Of a stretch of 34,186 nucleotides of DNA, positions 1 through 8,207 are shown piece by piece; position 1 is the first letter of the stretch; each line of letters begins with the position of its first letter. Location of the stretch: positions 1 to 34,186 of IMG/VR virus record IMGVR_UViG_3300010384_000021; one strand, given 5' to 3'. The stretch is from a virus. Lineage: Duplodnaviria; Caudoviricetes. Position numbers and translations under genes: made by a program. Under the pieces are notes generated by a model. That model had not been told where the DNA came from. It was given only the letters and a program-made list of their open reading frames with translations, and did not search any database.

Positions 1-59
1 CTGGACGCATCGATCGCATAGCGCGTCCGGTCTGGTTCGAACGGGGCGAACGAAATCAT
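1..59 (-). CDS. 5' start (runs off the window) of probable tail tube/head-stabilisation protein, MISFAPFEPDRTRYAIDAS...
   Basis: ATG at 59 overlaps the stop of the adaptor gene (ATGA coupling); position after the adaptor in the podovirus gene order. Confidence 0.55.
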   Translation of the reverse strand, partial: MISFAPFEPDRTRYAIDAS

Positions 60-691
60 GCGCCCAAACGCCAGTCATCGCAGCGGCGGCCCAGCAACGC
101 GGGATCGACCGTCAAGACCCCGCGCTTGGACTGTGCGATCACATTCCTGACGCTGGGGATCATCTCGTCCAGCACAGTCTTGAAGCTGGCCGCGTAATTG
201 CCGTTCTGGATGAACACGCCGCCCCAGACGAGAGAGGCCGCGAGATAGAGGTCGGGATGGTTTTGCAGCAGCCAATTCGTCGGAACCGCATCGGAGAGCG
301 CAAACCTCTCCTGATAGCGGAAGCGGAACGTATAGTCCTGGTCCATGTTGCGGTTGAAGACGACGGATTGGCCATCGATCGACCATATCGCCGGTTTTCC
401 GGTCGTCCCGACAATCGGGTAAGTTCCGGCGGCACGCTGGAGAAGTTCGACCTCGCCGCATGTGTCCGTGATGAACAGCGCTATCGGCCTGACGGCGCAA
501 GCGACAGTGATATTGATGGAACGGTCGCCTGTGCGCCCATAGAGCGTCATTTCCGTCTCGACGGGATTGAGCGCCCGGTTCAGCCCGGCCTCGCCAAGGG
601 CGATGAAATCTCCCGCAGAGCCGAGAACATCGGCGCGGGCCATCCAGTCGGAAACGGCCTGCTGCAACTGCGTGTAATTGGAAATCGGCAT
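56..691 (-). CDS. Phage head-tail adaptor/connector protein (211 aa)
   Basis: N-terminus ISNYTQLQQAVSDWMAR and C-terminal TNWLLQNHPDLYLAASL resemble podovirus adaptor proteins; immediately downstream of the capsid gene. Confidence 0.7.
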   Translation of the reverse strand: MPISNYTQLQQAVSDWMARADVLGSAGDFIALGEAGLNRALNPVETEMTLYGRTGDRSINITVACAVRPIALFITDTCGEVELLQRAAGTYPIVGTTGKPAIWSIDGQSVVFNRNMDQDYTFRFRYQERFALSDAVPTNWLLQNHPDLYLAASLVWGGVFIQNGNYAASFKTVLDEMIPSVRNVIAQSKRGVLTVDPALLGRRCDDWRLGA

Positions 692-708
692 GTCAAGCCC
701 TCATGAGG

Positions 709-748
709 CCAAAAAGGCCAGAAACCGTTGATCGAGGTTTTTGGCCTT
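709..748 (-). terminator. Second hairpin with U-tract between capsid and adaptor genes
   Basis: Minus-strand AAGGCCAAAAACC...GGTTTCTGGCCTT followed by TTT; an alternative pairing 706-715/738-747 is also possible. Confidence 0.5.
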
Positions 749-751
749 CGC

Positions 752-791
752 AAAAAGAGGGGGGGGGCCGACCTAAGCCAGCCCCCCCCTC
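752..791 (-). terminator. Rho-independent terminator after major capsid gene
   Basis: G-rich arm (757-768) pairs with C-rich arm (781-791); followed on the minus strand by TTTTT (752-756). Confidence 0.8.
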
Positions 792-795
792 GTTG

Positions 796-2040
796 TTACG
801 CCGCGCCGGAATGGCGGGTGGCCAGACGCGGGTCGATGGTCTTGGCGCCGAACAGGATGTCGCAGCGCCATGCCGACTTGTCATTCGTGCCGTCGTAGAC
901 GGGAATGATGCGGACGCTCGTGCCCTTGTAGGACTGCCGGGACACGTCCACCGCGCCGGGAGGCGAGACCAGCGGGACCATCGCAAGCGCGAAGGCATTG
1001 CGGTGGAACATCAAGTTCTGCCTGTAGCCGGTGCCGCCAGTGCCCATCACCGTGATGTTGGCGCTGTCGGACGGGACCGCCGAACAGTTCTGGAACGCGC
1101 CGCTGGCGATGATCGGCGGGCTGATCGTCAGCGTTGCCGGGCCGGTCGAGGCACCCGAGTCGGCGTCGGCCATCACCACGAACTGCTTGGGGAACGGCAG
1201 CGTGGCCTTGGTGACGGGATTGACCGCGTACACGCCGGCGATGGTGAACACGTCGCCCTTCTTCAGGATGCCGGTCGTGGAGTTCGTCCAGCCCTTGGTG
1301 ACAAGGCTCTGGGTGCCGGTGTCCTTCACGTCGGCGTAGGTCGACCCCTGAGTGCCGCCATCGACCTTCGGCGTGCCGGTGGCAACACCGACCGTGTGGG
1401 TCTTGATGTTCTGCGACATATAGGTGTCGACGCCGCCGATCATGCCGAGCTTGCCCGAACGATAGGCATCTTTGGCCGCCGCCTGGATGTAGAGCGAGGT
1501 CTGCGAGCCGAGCAGGCCAGCCTCGTCCGCCGGGGATAGGACGGAAGCAAGATTGTCGGTCGGGGCCGCGCCTTCCATCAGGCGTTCCTTGGCGGCGTAG
1601 AAGTCCGAGAAGGAATTGATGGTCTGGCCGGGCGTGCCTACCCAATTCGGCACGCTGGAATACAGGCCGGTCAGATAGGTATCGACCGAGTTGGCAAGCT
1701 GGACCATGGCCGGCTTGATGACGCGCTCGGAAAGCTCGCCAATCTTGAGGGTCAGATCCTGCGAGGTGAACTCGAAGTCGACGCCACGACGCTGGTCGAC
1801 GGTGAGGCTGGTCTTGCCTTCCGTCACGTCCTGCGCCGACATGGTGGCGGTGGTGCGGACGGTGAAGTCGGTCGGCTTGCGGATCGAGATCGTCTCGCCG
1901 ACCGTGTAGCCGTTCACCTTCTTGTCGAACTCGTTCTCATAGCCGCGAAAGACCTTCTTGGCCATCACGAGTTCGTTGTCGAGGATCATCACCGCTTCCT
2001 TGGCGATGATGTCCGCAGTCAGGGTCGTATTGGTGGACAT
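796..2040 (-). CDS. Major capsid protein, P22 coat protein (gp5) family (414 aa)
   Basis: NTTLTADIIAKEAVMILDNELVMAK, GETISIRKP, LKKGDVFTIAGV and RCDILFG motifs; follows scaffold; GGAG RBS. Confidence 0.93.
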   Translation of the reverse strand: MSTNTTLTADIIAKEAVMILDNELVMAKKVFRGYENEFDKKVNGYTVGETISIRKPTDFTVRTTATMSAQDVTEGKTSLTVDQRRGVDFEFTSQDLTLKIGELSERVIKPAMVQLANSVDTYLTGLYSSVPNWVGTPGQTINSFSDFYAAKERLMEGAAPTDNLASVLSPADEAGLLGSQTSLYIQAAAKDAYRSGKLGMIGGVDTYMSQNIKTHTVGVATGTPKVDGGTQGSTYADVKDTGTQSLVTKGWTNSTTGILKKGDVFTIAGVYAVNPVTKATLPFPKQFVVMADADSGASTGPATLTISPPIIASGAFQNCSAVPSDSANITVMGTGGTGYRQNLMFHRNAFALAMVPLVSPPGAVDVSRQSYKGTSVRIIPVYDGTNDKSAWRCDILFGAKTIDPRLATRHSGAA

Positions 2041-2111
2041 GGTAGCTCCATCTGGCGGCCTCGGCCGCGCTGGGACTGGACGTCATCCGACGTTCAATCG
2101 GGTTGGGGTGC

Positions 2112-2975
2112 TTAGCCCCGGCCAGCCTTCCGGGCGGCCACGTATTCATCCATCGACATTTCGCCGAGAGACTTGTTGGCGCCAGGCGTGGCGCGTCCGC
2201 CGACCGTCTTGGACGGTTGCGGCTGGGCGGCTGGCTTCTGTACCGGGGCGGGTTTGGAAAGGGCGTTCTGGCCGATCCGGGCGAGATAGATCATCTCGTA
2301 GACCAGCGGGTTCATCATGCTCTGCATCTGCTCTCTGGTCACACCCTTGGAGAGCGCAAAATCGATGACCTGCTTGTCGGTTTCCGGCGTCCAGCCCTTG
2401 AGATTGGCTTTCACGTGCTCGTGCGTTTCCTGCATGCGCTTGGCAATTTCTTGCTGCGCAGAGGCAGTGCGAGAGCTTTCATGCTGCTGGATGGTGGCCT
2501 CCAGCTGGCCCTTCTGGTTGCGAAGATGCTGCGCGTAGTTCCACGCCTCATCCGCGCCGAGCGGATCGGTCAGGCGATGATGCTGGTATGCTGACCAGTC
2601 GTAATCCTTGAACCGCTCGAGTTCCTTGCCGACCGTGCGAAGGTCAGCGCGCGCGTCAATGTACTCCTCGCTCGCTGCGAATTGCTGGTCGAGGCGCTGC
2701 GCGCGTTCTTCCAGTTCCTTGCGAGTTGCGGCGGTCTCCTGCGTTTTGCGCGTATAGTCGGCGTGCATCATCACGCCGTCTTTCAGCCCTTTCGGGCCTT
2801 TGATCTTCGTCCCGTTCCAGTCGAATTCCTCGAATTCGTCATCTTCGGGTTGAAGCTCTTCCTCGATCTCCGGCTCGACCGGCTCATCGAGGTTTACCGG
2901 CTGCTCAGCCTCCATTTCCGGTTCGATTGGCGTTTCCGCTTCTACTTCGGCAATAGATTCCTGTTCATCGGCCAT
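2112..2975 (-). CDS. Capsid scaffolding protein (about 287 aa)
   Basis: Acidic N-terminus, DYTRKTQ motif, helical core, C-terminal MSMDEYVAARK; between portal and coat; AAGGAG RBS 8 nt before ATG 2975. Confidence 0.85.
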   Translation of the reverse strand: MADEQESIAEVEAETPIEPEMEAEQPVNLDEPVEPEIEEELQPEDDEFEEFDWNGTKIKGPKGLKDGVMMHADYTRKTQETAATRKELEERAQRLDQQFAASEEYIDARADLRTVGKELERFKDYDWSAYQHHRLTDPLGADEAWNYAQHLRNQKGQLEATIQQHESSRTASAQQEIAKRMQETHEHVKANLKGWTPETDKQVIDFALSKGVTREQMQSMMNPLVYEMIYLARIGQNALSKPAPVQKPAAQPQPSKTVGGRATPGANKSLGEMSMDEYVAARKAGRG

Positions 2976-3032
2976 GCGATGCACTCCTTGTCGGGTTGGT
3001 GCTGGTTGTGCGCCGTTACGTGGCGCTGTCGA

Positions 3033-5144
3033 TCAGGCGGGTCTGCCTGAATTCTGCATGACGGGGGCAGGACGAGCCGCGAGTGCAGCCGCGTTCAACT
3101 GCGCCTTGTACGTTTCGATCTCTTTCTGCGCGTCGATCTTGATCCGCTCGATTTCCATCTCGGATTGGATTTTCATGAGCGCGATCTGCTTGTCCGCCTC
3201 GATCTTGGCCGCCGCCTGCTGCTGGTCGGCCTGCAACTTCATCGCGCTCGCCTGCTGGTCGGACTTGAGGTTCTGGTTCTCCTCGGCGAGCTGCTGCAAT
3301 TTCTGCTTGCCTTGTTCGATCTGCTTCTGCACTTCCGGCGGAAGCTGGCCCTCCGCGACCTTCTCCATCTTCTCGGCGATCTTGTCGGCGCCCGGCCAAT
3401 CGAGGTTCTTGGCCAGTTCGGGACCGATAATCGGGGCCGCCTGCGGAAATGCGCGGATCATTTCCGTCATCTGCGCCGCCGCCTCCTCGCGCTGCGTCGT
3501 GTAGCTCGGGCCGGTCGTCACGGTCAGGTCGTACTTGCCCACGGTCAGGTCATGCAGCGCCGTCACCGTTTTCATGATCGGGTTGCCGTTCGGGTCTTGA
3601 AGGGGCTGTCCATCCTGCCCCATGGCCGGCTGCTGCATCGGCTGGCCCGTCTTCGGATCGCGCACCTGATACGGCGCGTTGACCTGCTTGGCCTCCTGCG
3701 TTCCGTCTTCGCCGATCACGCGCACGATCCGCTCGGCGCTGTAGACATGCGGTATCAGGTCGATCAGGATACGGCCCGTATGCCGGATGGCCCGCGCGAG
3801 GTTGTCGATGAAATGGAAGGTCGAAACATCGCCCTCCCTTTGCCGCGCGAGGATCGCCTTGCCGCTGGTTTCGTTCGACCGCGCCCCCAGGGAAGCATCA
3901 TACATGCCGATGATCGCCTTCATGTCGTCGGAGGCATTCAGGGCCTCTTGCAGTGCCCCGGCGGCAACGCCTGTATCCATGGGCTGACGCTGCGGAGGCG
4001 TGTTGACGGCGGCCGGAACAAGATCATACTCCAGAAAGGCGTGATTGCGCGTGTTGGCCGTCATCCAGCGTTCCATGTCGCTGTCAAACGCCCCCTTCGG
4101 CCCGATGAACGGAACGCGCGGGGCGAGTGCCACCAGTTCCGTCGCCGACGAGCGCCAATAGTTGAAATTTCGCTGCGGGTCTTTCGCGTCGTGCACCAGC
4201 GAGCGGAAATAACGCTTGCCCTGCACATCGAACTCGTCGCCGTAGACCGGAACGATGGGAATGTACCTCCCAGCCCACTGCACCGTTTCCAGCACCTCGG
4301 CTGCGGTCATGATATGCTGCACGACCTTGTGGGTCTTCGTCGTGCGCTGCGCCTTGAATTCAAGGAACTGCTGCGCCGCCTGGAAATCCGCATCCTTCTC
4401 GATCTGGTCCTTGCCATAGACCAGCATCGAGCCGTCGCGCGTGTCCCGGAACATCAGTATTTCGCGCTCGACCTCCGTGCGCTTCCAGTATTCGGCGACC
4501 ATCACCTCGTTTTCAGTGCGCCATGGCTCCCCAGCCGACGACCAGCGGGTATCGTCCCAATCCACAGCCGCCTTGTCGCCGTATTGCGCCTTGAAGGCCG
4601 ATTTCGTTAGACGATCCACGACAAAGGCCGTGTTCCAGTCGCTGCTGTCCGCCGCCGTAGAATAGGGGTCGCCATAGACCGCGAAGGGGTTGATCACCCG
4701 TTGTATCTGCAAATCCATGTCAAAGGTGTCATCATAGGCATAATCGATGCCGACGCGCCAATATCCGAACCCACCTGTCACCGCGCACTCGACGCCGGTG
4801 TCATAGGCCACGTCAGCCGATGACGTGTATTCGATGTTGCGGATCAGGCCATTGATGACCTCCGCCGTCTCGGGATCGCTCTTGCTGTCAACCGGATGAA
4901 CGTGGATGGCCGGCTTGTTCTGGCGCGCGTCGTTGACCACCTGGCGGATGAAGGCGGGGAGCTTGTTGATCGTGAGACACGGCCGGCCTTCACGTTCCCG
5001 CTGCTTGGTGATGCCGTCCGGCCACTGCTCGGCGAGACGCGAGAACTTGATGTCGTCAAGCGCAGTCTGTCTATTATGGTCGGCGGCGTCGGCGCTCTCT
5101 GCGAAAGCGTCCTTGGCCTCCTTGAGGATATCGTCGTCAGCCAT
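3033..5144 (-). CDS. Portal protein, P22-like (703 aa)
   Basis: RPCLTINKLP, YIPIVPVYG, SNETSGKAILARQREGD and GKYDLTVTTGPSYTTQREEA motifs; long C-terminal coiled coil; follows TerL. Confidence 0.93.
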   Translation of the reverse strand: MADDDILKEAKDAFAESADAADHNRQTALDDIKFSRLAEQWPDGITKQREREGRPCLTINKLPAFIRQVVNDARQNKPAIHVHPVDSKSDPETAEVINGLIRNIEYTSSADVAYDTGVECAVTGGFGYWRVGIDYAYDDTFDMDLQIQRVINPFAVYGDPYSTAADSSDWNTAFVVDRLTKSAFKAQYGDKAAVDWDDTRWSSAGEPWRTENEVMVAEYWKRTEVEREILMFRDTRDGSMLVYGKDQIEKDADFQAAQQFLEFKAQRTTKTHKVVQHIMTAAEVLETVQWAGRYIPIVPVYGDEFDVQGKRYFRSLVHDAKDPQRNFNYWRSSATELVALAPRVPFIGPKGAFDSDMERWMTANTRNHAFLEYDLVPAAVNTPPQRQPMDTGVAAGALQEALNASDDMKAIIGMYDASLGARSNETSGKAILARQREGDVSTFHFIDNLARAIRHTGRILIDLIPHVYSAERIVRVIGEDGTQEAKQVNAPYQVRDPKTGQPMQQPAMGQDGQPLQDPNGNPIMKTVTALHDLTVGKYDLTVTTGPSYTTQREEAAAQMTEMIRAFPQAAPIIGPELAKNLDWPGADKIAEKMEKVAEGQLPPEVQKQIEQGKQKLQQLAEENQNLKSDQQASAMKLQADQQQAAAKIEADKQIALMKIQSEMEIERIKIDAQKEIETYKAQLNAAALAARPAPVMQNSGRPA

Positions 5145-6460
5145 CAGCCCATCCAGCTTCCAGCGCCGCTGTATGAAAGAACAGGGCGCGCTACCGGCTT
5201 CGTCGGGATTTCATAAGCCACGCACATCAGCCCGAAAGCATCCGCGCCATGGCTCGACCAGTCGTGTTCGGGGCCAAGGCCGATGTTGCGGGCCTCGTCC
5301 ATCTTCTCGTGATACCAGCCGATTGCATCGATGCCGGCGGTACATTTCGGACCATTGAACCAGATCGACGGGAATAGGCGTCTCGCCGCCTCGACGCGCT
5401 TCATCGCAGCGCCCTTGCCCTGGTTCGGAATGGTCCGCACGGTGAAACCCGCTGTCCTTATGTGGTCTTCGAACCGGATCGCCGTGATCGCGTCTTCCTT
5501 CGCGCCGTCGTGCGGCAGGAAGCATTCAGCGCCCGCATATCCACTCGTCCGCAACCACTCCAAATGCGTTGCCAGCGGCTGGCCGACTGCCTCGTAGTAA
5601 TCCAGCACCCGGATTTCACGGCCGACGAACTGCGCAATCCATATGGCGGTGGCGTCCCTTACCCCAATGTCCCAGAATGCCTTGACCGGCAGATTCGGAT
5701 CGCGAGCAACGTTTCCAATCCGCCCTTCCTGTCTGGCAACGACCAGGCTCCGCGCATAGTAGGCGCCGCTCAGGACTGTCGCATATCCGCCTTCCCAGAT
5801 GTGGTCATACTGGTCCGGCGTCTTGTTGAGGCAATCCTGCCGCTCCTGCTCGAGAACGCTCGGGAACCACGGATTGTCCGACCAATTGGCCCGCACGACT
5901 TTCGCGCCGGTCGGGATCGCATCGCTGCGCAGCATCACGTCCACCGCATCGGTCTTGCGAAGCGGGTTCCAGCTCCACCACATTTCCGATTGCAAGCCGC
6001 GATTCCTGTCTTCCCATCGGATCGTCGGGCGCACCAGCCCAATCGACCGGGACGAAATCGAGTGCGCTTCCTCACCCCACAGCCGGTGAAAGCCCTCGAA
6101 AGACTTGATCGAATCCGCCGTGTGATCCTGAAGGCCTTGGAAGATCAGGATGCCATCACCCGGCGTGGCGATCCTGTCGTTGTAGACTTTGAAGCCGTCC
6201 GCCTCGCCTATCTCGAACTCAGCCAGCTTGCTTTCGATCAGGTGCTTGGCTGAATCCTTGAGCGACTTCTGGATTTCACGAGCGCAGATGCCACGAAGTC
6301 CCTCACCCGCCTCCCCCGGGAAGCGCAAGGCGTCTTCCACCATCAAGCCTGCAAAGAAATGAGACTTCCCTGAACCGCGTCCGCCCCACGCCCCCTTGTC
6401 GCGCGCAGGCTCCAGCAGAGGCAGGAAGACCTCAGCCGTCTCGATCCGCAGCCCGGACAA
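5144..6460 (-). CDS. terL: Terminase large subunit (438 aa)
   Basis: Walker A GGRGSGKS, Walker B LWGEEAH, coupling motif SWNP, nuclease motifs WDIG and HDWSSHGADAF. Confidence 0.95.
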   Translation of the reverse strand: MSGLRIETAEVFLPLLEPARDKGAWGGRGSGKSHFFAGLMVEDALRFPGEAGEGLRGICAREIQKSLKDSAKHLIESKLAEFEIGEADGFKVYNDRIATPGDGILIFQGLQDHTADSIKSFEGFHRLWGEEAHSISSRSIGLVRPTIRWEDRNRGLQSEMWWSWNPLRKTDAVDVMLRSDAIPTGAKVVRANWSDNPWFPSVLEQERQDCLNKTPDQYDHIWEGGYATVLSGAYYARSLVVARQEGRIGNVARDPNLPVKAFWDIGVRDATAIWIAQFVGREIRVLDYYEAVGQPLATHLEWLRTSGYAGAECFLPHDGAKEDAITAIRFEDHIRTAGFTVRTIPNQGKGAAMKRVEAARRLFPSIWFNGPKCTAGIDAIGWYHEKMDEARNIGLGPEHDWSSHGADAFGLMCVAYEIPTKPVARPVLSYSGAGSWMG

Positions 6461-6731
6461 TGATGCGCTCTATCTTGTGAACGAGGTTAATCGCGCCGTC
6501 CTCGCCTTCGCCGGCCACCGGCTGGACAGGCTTGCCCCAACCACGATCAAGAATGGCAGTCGCAGCAGACACGCGAGCGGCTGCCGGCGTCTTGCCGTTC
6601 TCCATCACGCGAACAAGCGTGGCGATGGCATTCTCGGTCTGCGCTTGAGCAAGTTCGCGAACGCGGGCGTCAAGCTTTGGCCGACCGCCCGGATTTCCAG
6701 AGCGGCCCTTTTCAAAAGGCTTGCCTACCAT
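6432..6731 (-). CDS. terS: Terminase small subunit (DUF5681-type N-terminus, 99 aa)
   Basis: PFEKGRSGNPGGRPK and ARVSAATAILDRGWGKP motifs; overlaps the TerL start. Confidence 0.85.
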   Translation of the reverse strand: MVGKPFEKGRSGNPGGRPKLDARVRELAQAQTENAIATLVRVMENGKTPAAARVSAATAILDRGWGKPVQPVAGEGEDGAINLVHKIERIIVRAADRDG

Positions 6732-6793
6732 GTTGTTACTCTGCTGTTCTCAGCGGATCGTCCGCCGCCCTTCCGCGCTCAGCCATCGGACTC

Positions 6794-6878
6794 TCCGCGA
6801 AATTTGAATACCAGACGCGGAAATCATCCGCGTTTCTTGAATTTTAAGGCTTGCAAACGTCCGCGAAATGCGTATACT
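6794..6878 (+). promoter_or_regulatory. Sigma70-type promoter and operator-like repeats of the moron cassette
   Basis: TTGCAA (6851-6856)-N16-TATACT (6873-6878); TCCGCGAAAT at 6794 and 6860; palindrome ACGCGGA-N5-TCCGCGT at 6815-6833. Confidence 0.6.
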
Positions 6879-6902
6879 CATCTCATCGAACGGAGACGAG
6901 AC

Positions 6903-7370
6903 ATGCGCACTCACGAAAAGCAGGCCGAACAGTTCATCGCCCTCATCGAGAAGGCAGGCGGTTCCGTCTCGTTCTCCAAGGCGCAGACCGGGACGGTCTA
7001 TGTAACCGTCGAAGGTTCCTTCAAGGCCCGCTTTGCCGATCATGGCGAGTGCTACTGCAACGAAGACGTTTCCGTTGACCCGCAGGGTGTTTCGATGCTC
7101 CAGGCGCTCCGGTCCTGCGCCAAGGCCACCGGTCTTGATCTTTCCCGTTCCATCAAGGCTCGTGAGGCTATCGAGCGCCGCCAGAACGAAGCCGCCGCCG
7201 TGCTGAACGCTGAACTGGCCGTCATTGCCGCCGAAAGCGCCCTGATCGCAGAAGTTCGCCGGGACACACAGCGCTCCGCCATTCTCGCACGCTGGCCTGA
7301 CTATGACAGCTTCCCAGCCAAGAAGCGTCAGCGCTGCCGCCACAAGATCAATCAGGAGATGGGCCTGTGA
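6903..7370 (+). CDS. Hypothetical protein of moron cassette (155 aa, MRTHEKQAEQF...)
   Basis: GGAG RBS before ATG 6903; normal composition; opposite strand to the late operon; contains RFADH-ECYC. Confidence 0.75.
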   Translation: MRTHEKQAEQFIALIEKAGGSVSFSKAQTGTVYVTVEGSFKARFADHGECYCNEDVSVDPQGVSMLQALRSCAKATGLDLSRSIKAREAIERRQNEAAAVLNAELAVIAAESALIAEVRRDTQRSAILARWPDYDSFPAKKRQRCRHKINQEMGL

Positions 7371-7573
7371 CCGCCGAGCAATTCTGCCTCTGGCTGGACG
7401 AGATGAAGGCCGCCGGACTGACAAGGTCGGATGCCGATGCCGGACGGCGGCTCGGGAAGTCGACGGACCGCATCGTCTTCTACAAGAAGAACGGCGCTGA
7501 CATCACCGTCGCCCTCGCCTGCCGCGCCCTCTTGCATCGCATGCAGCCTTATGGTTCAATCTCTCCGCTCTGA
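7367..7573 (+). CDS. Small HTH-like protein (68 aa)
   Basis: GTGA coupling with AGGAG RBS; MTAEQFCLWLDEM...DAGRRLGKSTDRIVFY...VALACRAL pattern typical of small XRE/Cro-like proteins. Confidence 0.7.
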   Translation: MTAEQFCLWLDEMKAAGLTRSDADAGRRLGKSTDRIVFYKKNGADITVALACRALLHRMQPYGSISPL

Positions 7574-7680
7574 GGCTACGGCCTCGGCGCGTTTTCTGAA
7601 CTGCACTTGCTGGGATACGGTCATCTGTAGTTGCCGGTGCTCCGGTGCTGGTTAACACGGCCTAGATGCCACCAAATAAG

Positions 7681-7709
7681 GCCCTCGCTACGGCGGGGGC
7701 TTTTCTTTT
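7681..7709 (+). terminator. Rho-independent terminator of moron transcript
   Basis: GCCCTCGC-TACG-GCGGGGGC followed by TTTTCTTTT. Confidence 0.75.
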
Positions 7710-7715
7710 GCCTCT

Positions 7716-7984
7716 ATGGCTGGGGATGCGAGGCGGTCGAGCTATCATTCGGAGTCCAGTGTCGTCCGAAAGCCCCAATACGTATCGGCTCTAGAACCGG
7801 TCGCGCTGGCCGCCCTGGCTTCGCCTCGCATCTGTTGCCGTCATGGACGGCGAATTGAATGGGCGTTCCGGCGTGGCTCAGGTTTGCGATTATCCGTGTC
7901 GCCTACCGGGAAGGAGCAACGGCGGGCCGGGTTGCAATCCCTCTGTCCGCGATCCTGTCCAACTCGATCCGCTCTCGCGGAAAC
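7716..7984 (-). ncRNA. Candidate structured RNA segment in the late leader
   Basis: Perfect 11-bp stem 7725-7735/7822-7832 enclosing nested stems; further hairpins at 7835-7854, 7929-7941 and 7946-7981; no credible ORF. Confidence 0.4.
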
Positions 7985-8061
7985 TGGTTGCGGTGGCGGG
8001 ATTTGAACCCGCGTCCTCTTGGTTATGAGCCAAGCGAGCTACCGGACTGCTCCACACCGAC
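7985..8061 (-). tRNA. tRNA-Met(CAT), initiator-like body with atypical acceptor stem
   Basis: GTCGGTGTGGAGCAGTCCGGTAGCTCG-CTTGG CTCATAA CCAAG-AGGAC-GCGGGTTCAAATCCCGC-CACCGCAACCA; 77 nt, encoded CCA, D arm like tRNA-fMet. Confidence 0.85.
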
Positions 8062-8065
8062 AAGA

Positions 8066-8092
8066 ATCAGAAAGGCCGCCGAAGCAGCCCCT
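8066..8092 (-). terminator. Terminator-like UUCG hairpin in the late leader, just upstream of the tRNA
   Basis: Minus-strand GGCTGC-TTCG-GCGGCC-TTTCT. Confidence 0.55.
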
Positions 8093-8179
8093 CACCGCGA
8101 CACAGCTTCGCCTTCCGCTGGTTGCGATTCCCAGCATCAGGCCGGGCCTATGGCCCCGATCACCCGTATCGCGCCGCAG

Positions 8180-8207
8180 AGTTTAAGCGCTGTGCGCTTA
8201 CTGTCAA
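8180..8207 (-). promoter_or_regulatory. Late promoter (pR'-like) with palindrome in the spacer
   Basis: TTGACA (8207-8202)-N16-TAAACT (8185-8180) overlapping the NusG-like stop codon; TAAGCGC-N3-GCGCTTA palindrome at 8184-8200. Confidence 0.7.

Noticed and set aside
693-998. Alternative-frame ORF extending beyond the capsid stop (possible frameshifted capsid extension)
   Set aside because: No slippery sequence seen near the capsid 3' end, and the extension would run through terminator hairpins
3165-4610. 481-aa plus-strand ORF and similar antisense ORFs over capsid, terminase, MTase and tailspike
   Set aside because: Opposite to clear phage genes; Arg/Leu/His-rich composition typical of reverse-frame translation
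6396-6902. N-terminal extension of the 324-aa ORF, and similar upstream extensions of int, erf, rusA, endolysin and the Lar-mosaic gene in the ORF track
   Set aside because: These overlap other genes or promoters; downstream starts have an RBS or stop-start coupling
7725-7832. Hammerhead or pistol ribozyme
   Set aside because: Three-way junction present, but the conserved catalytic cores (for example CUGAnGA with GAAA) are not in the required positions on either strand
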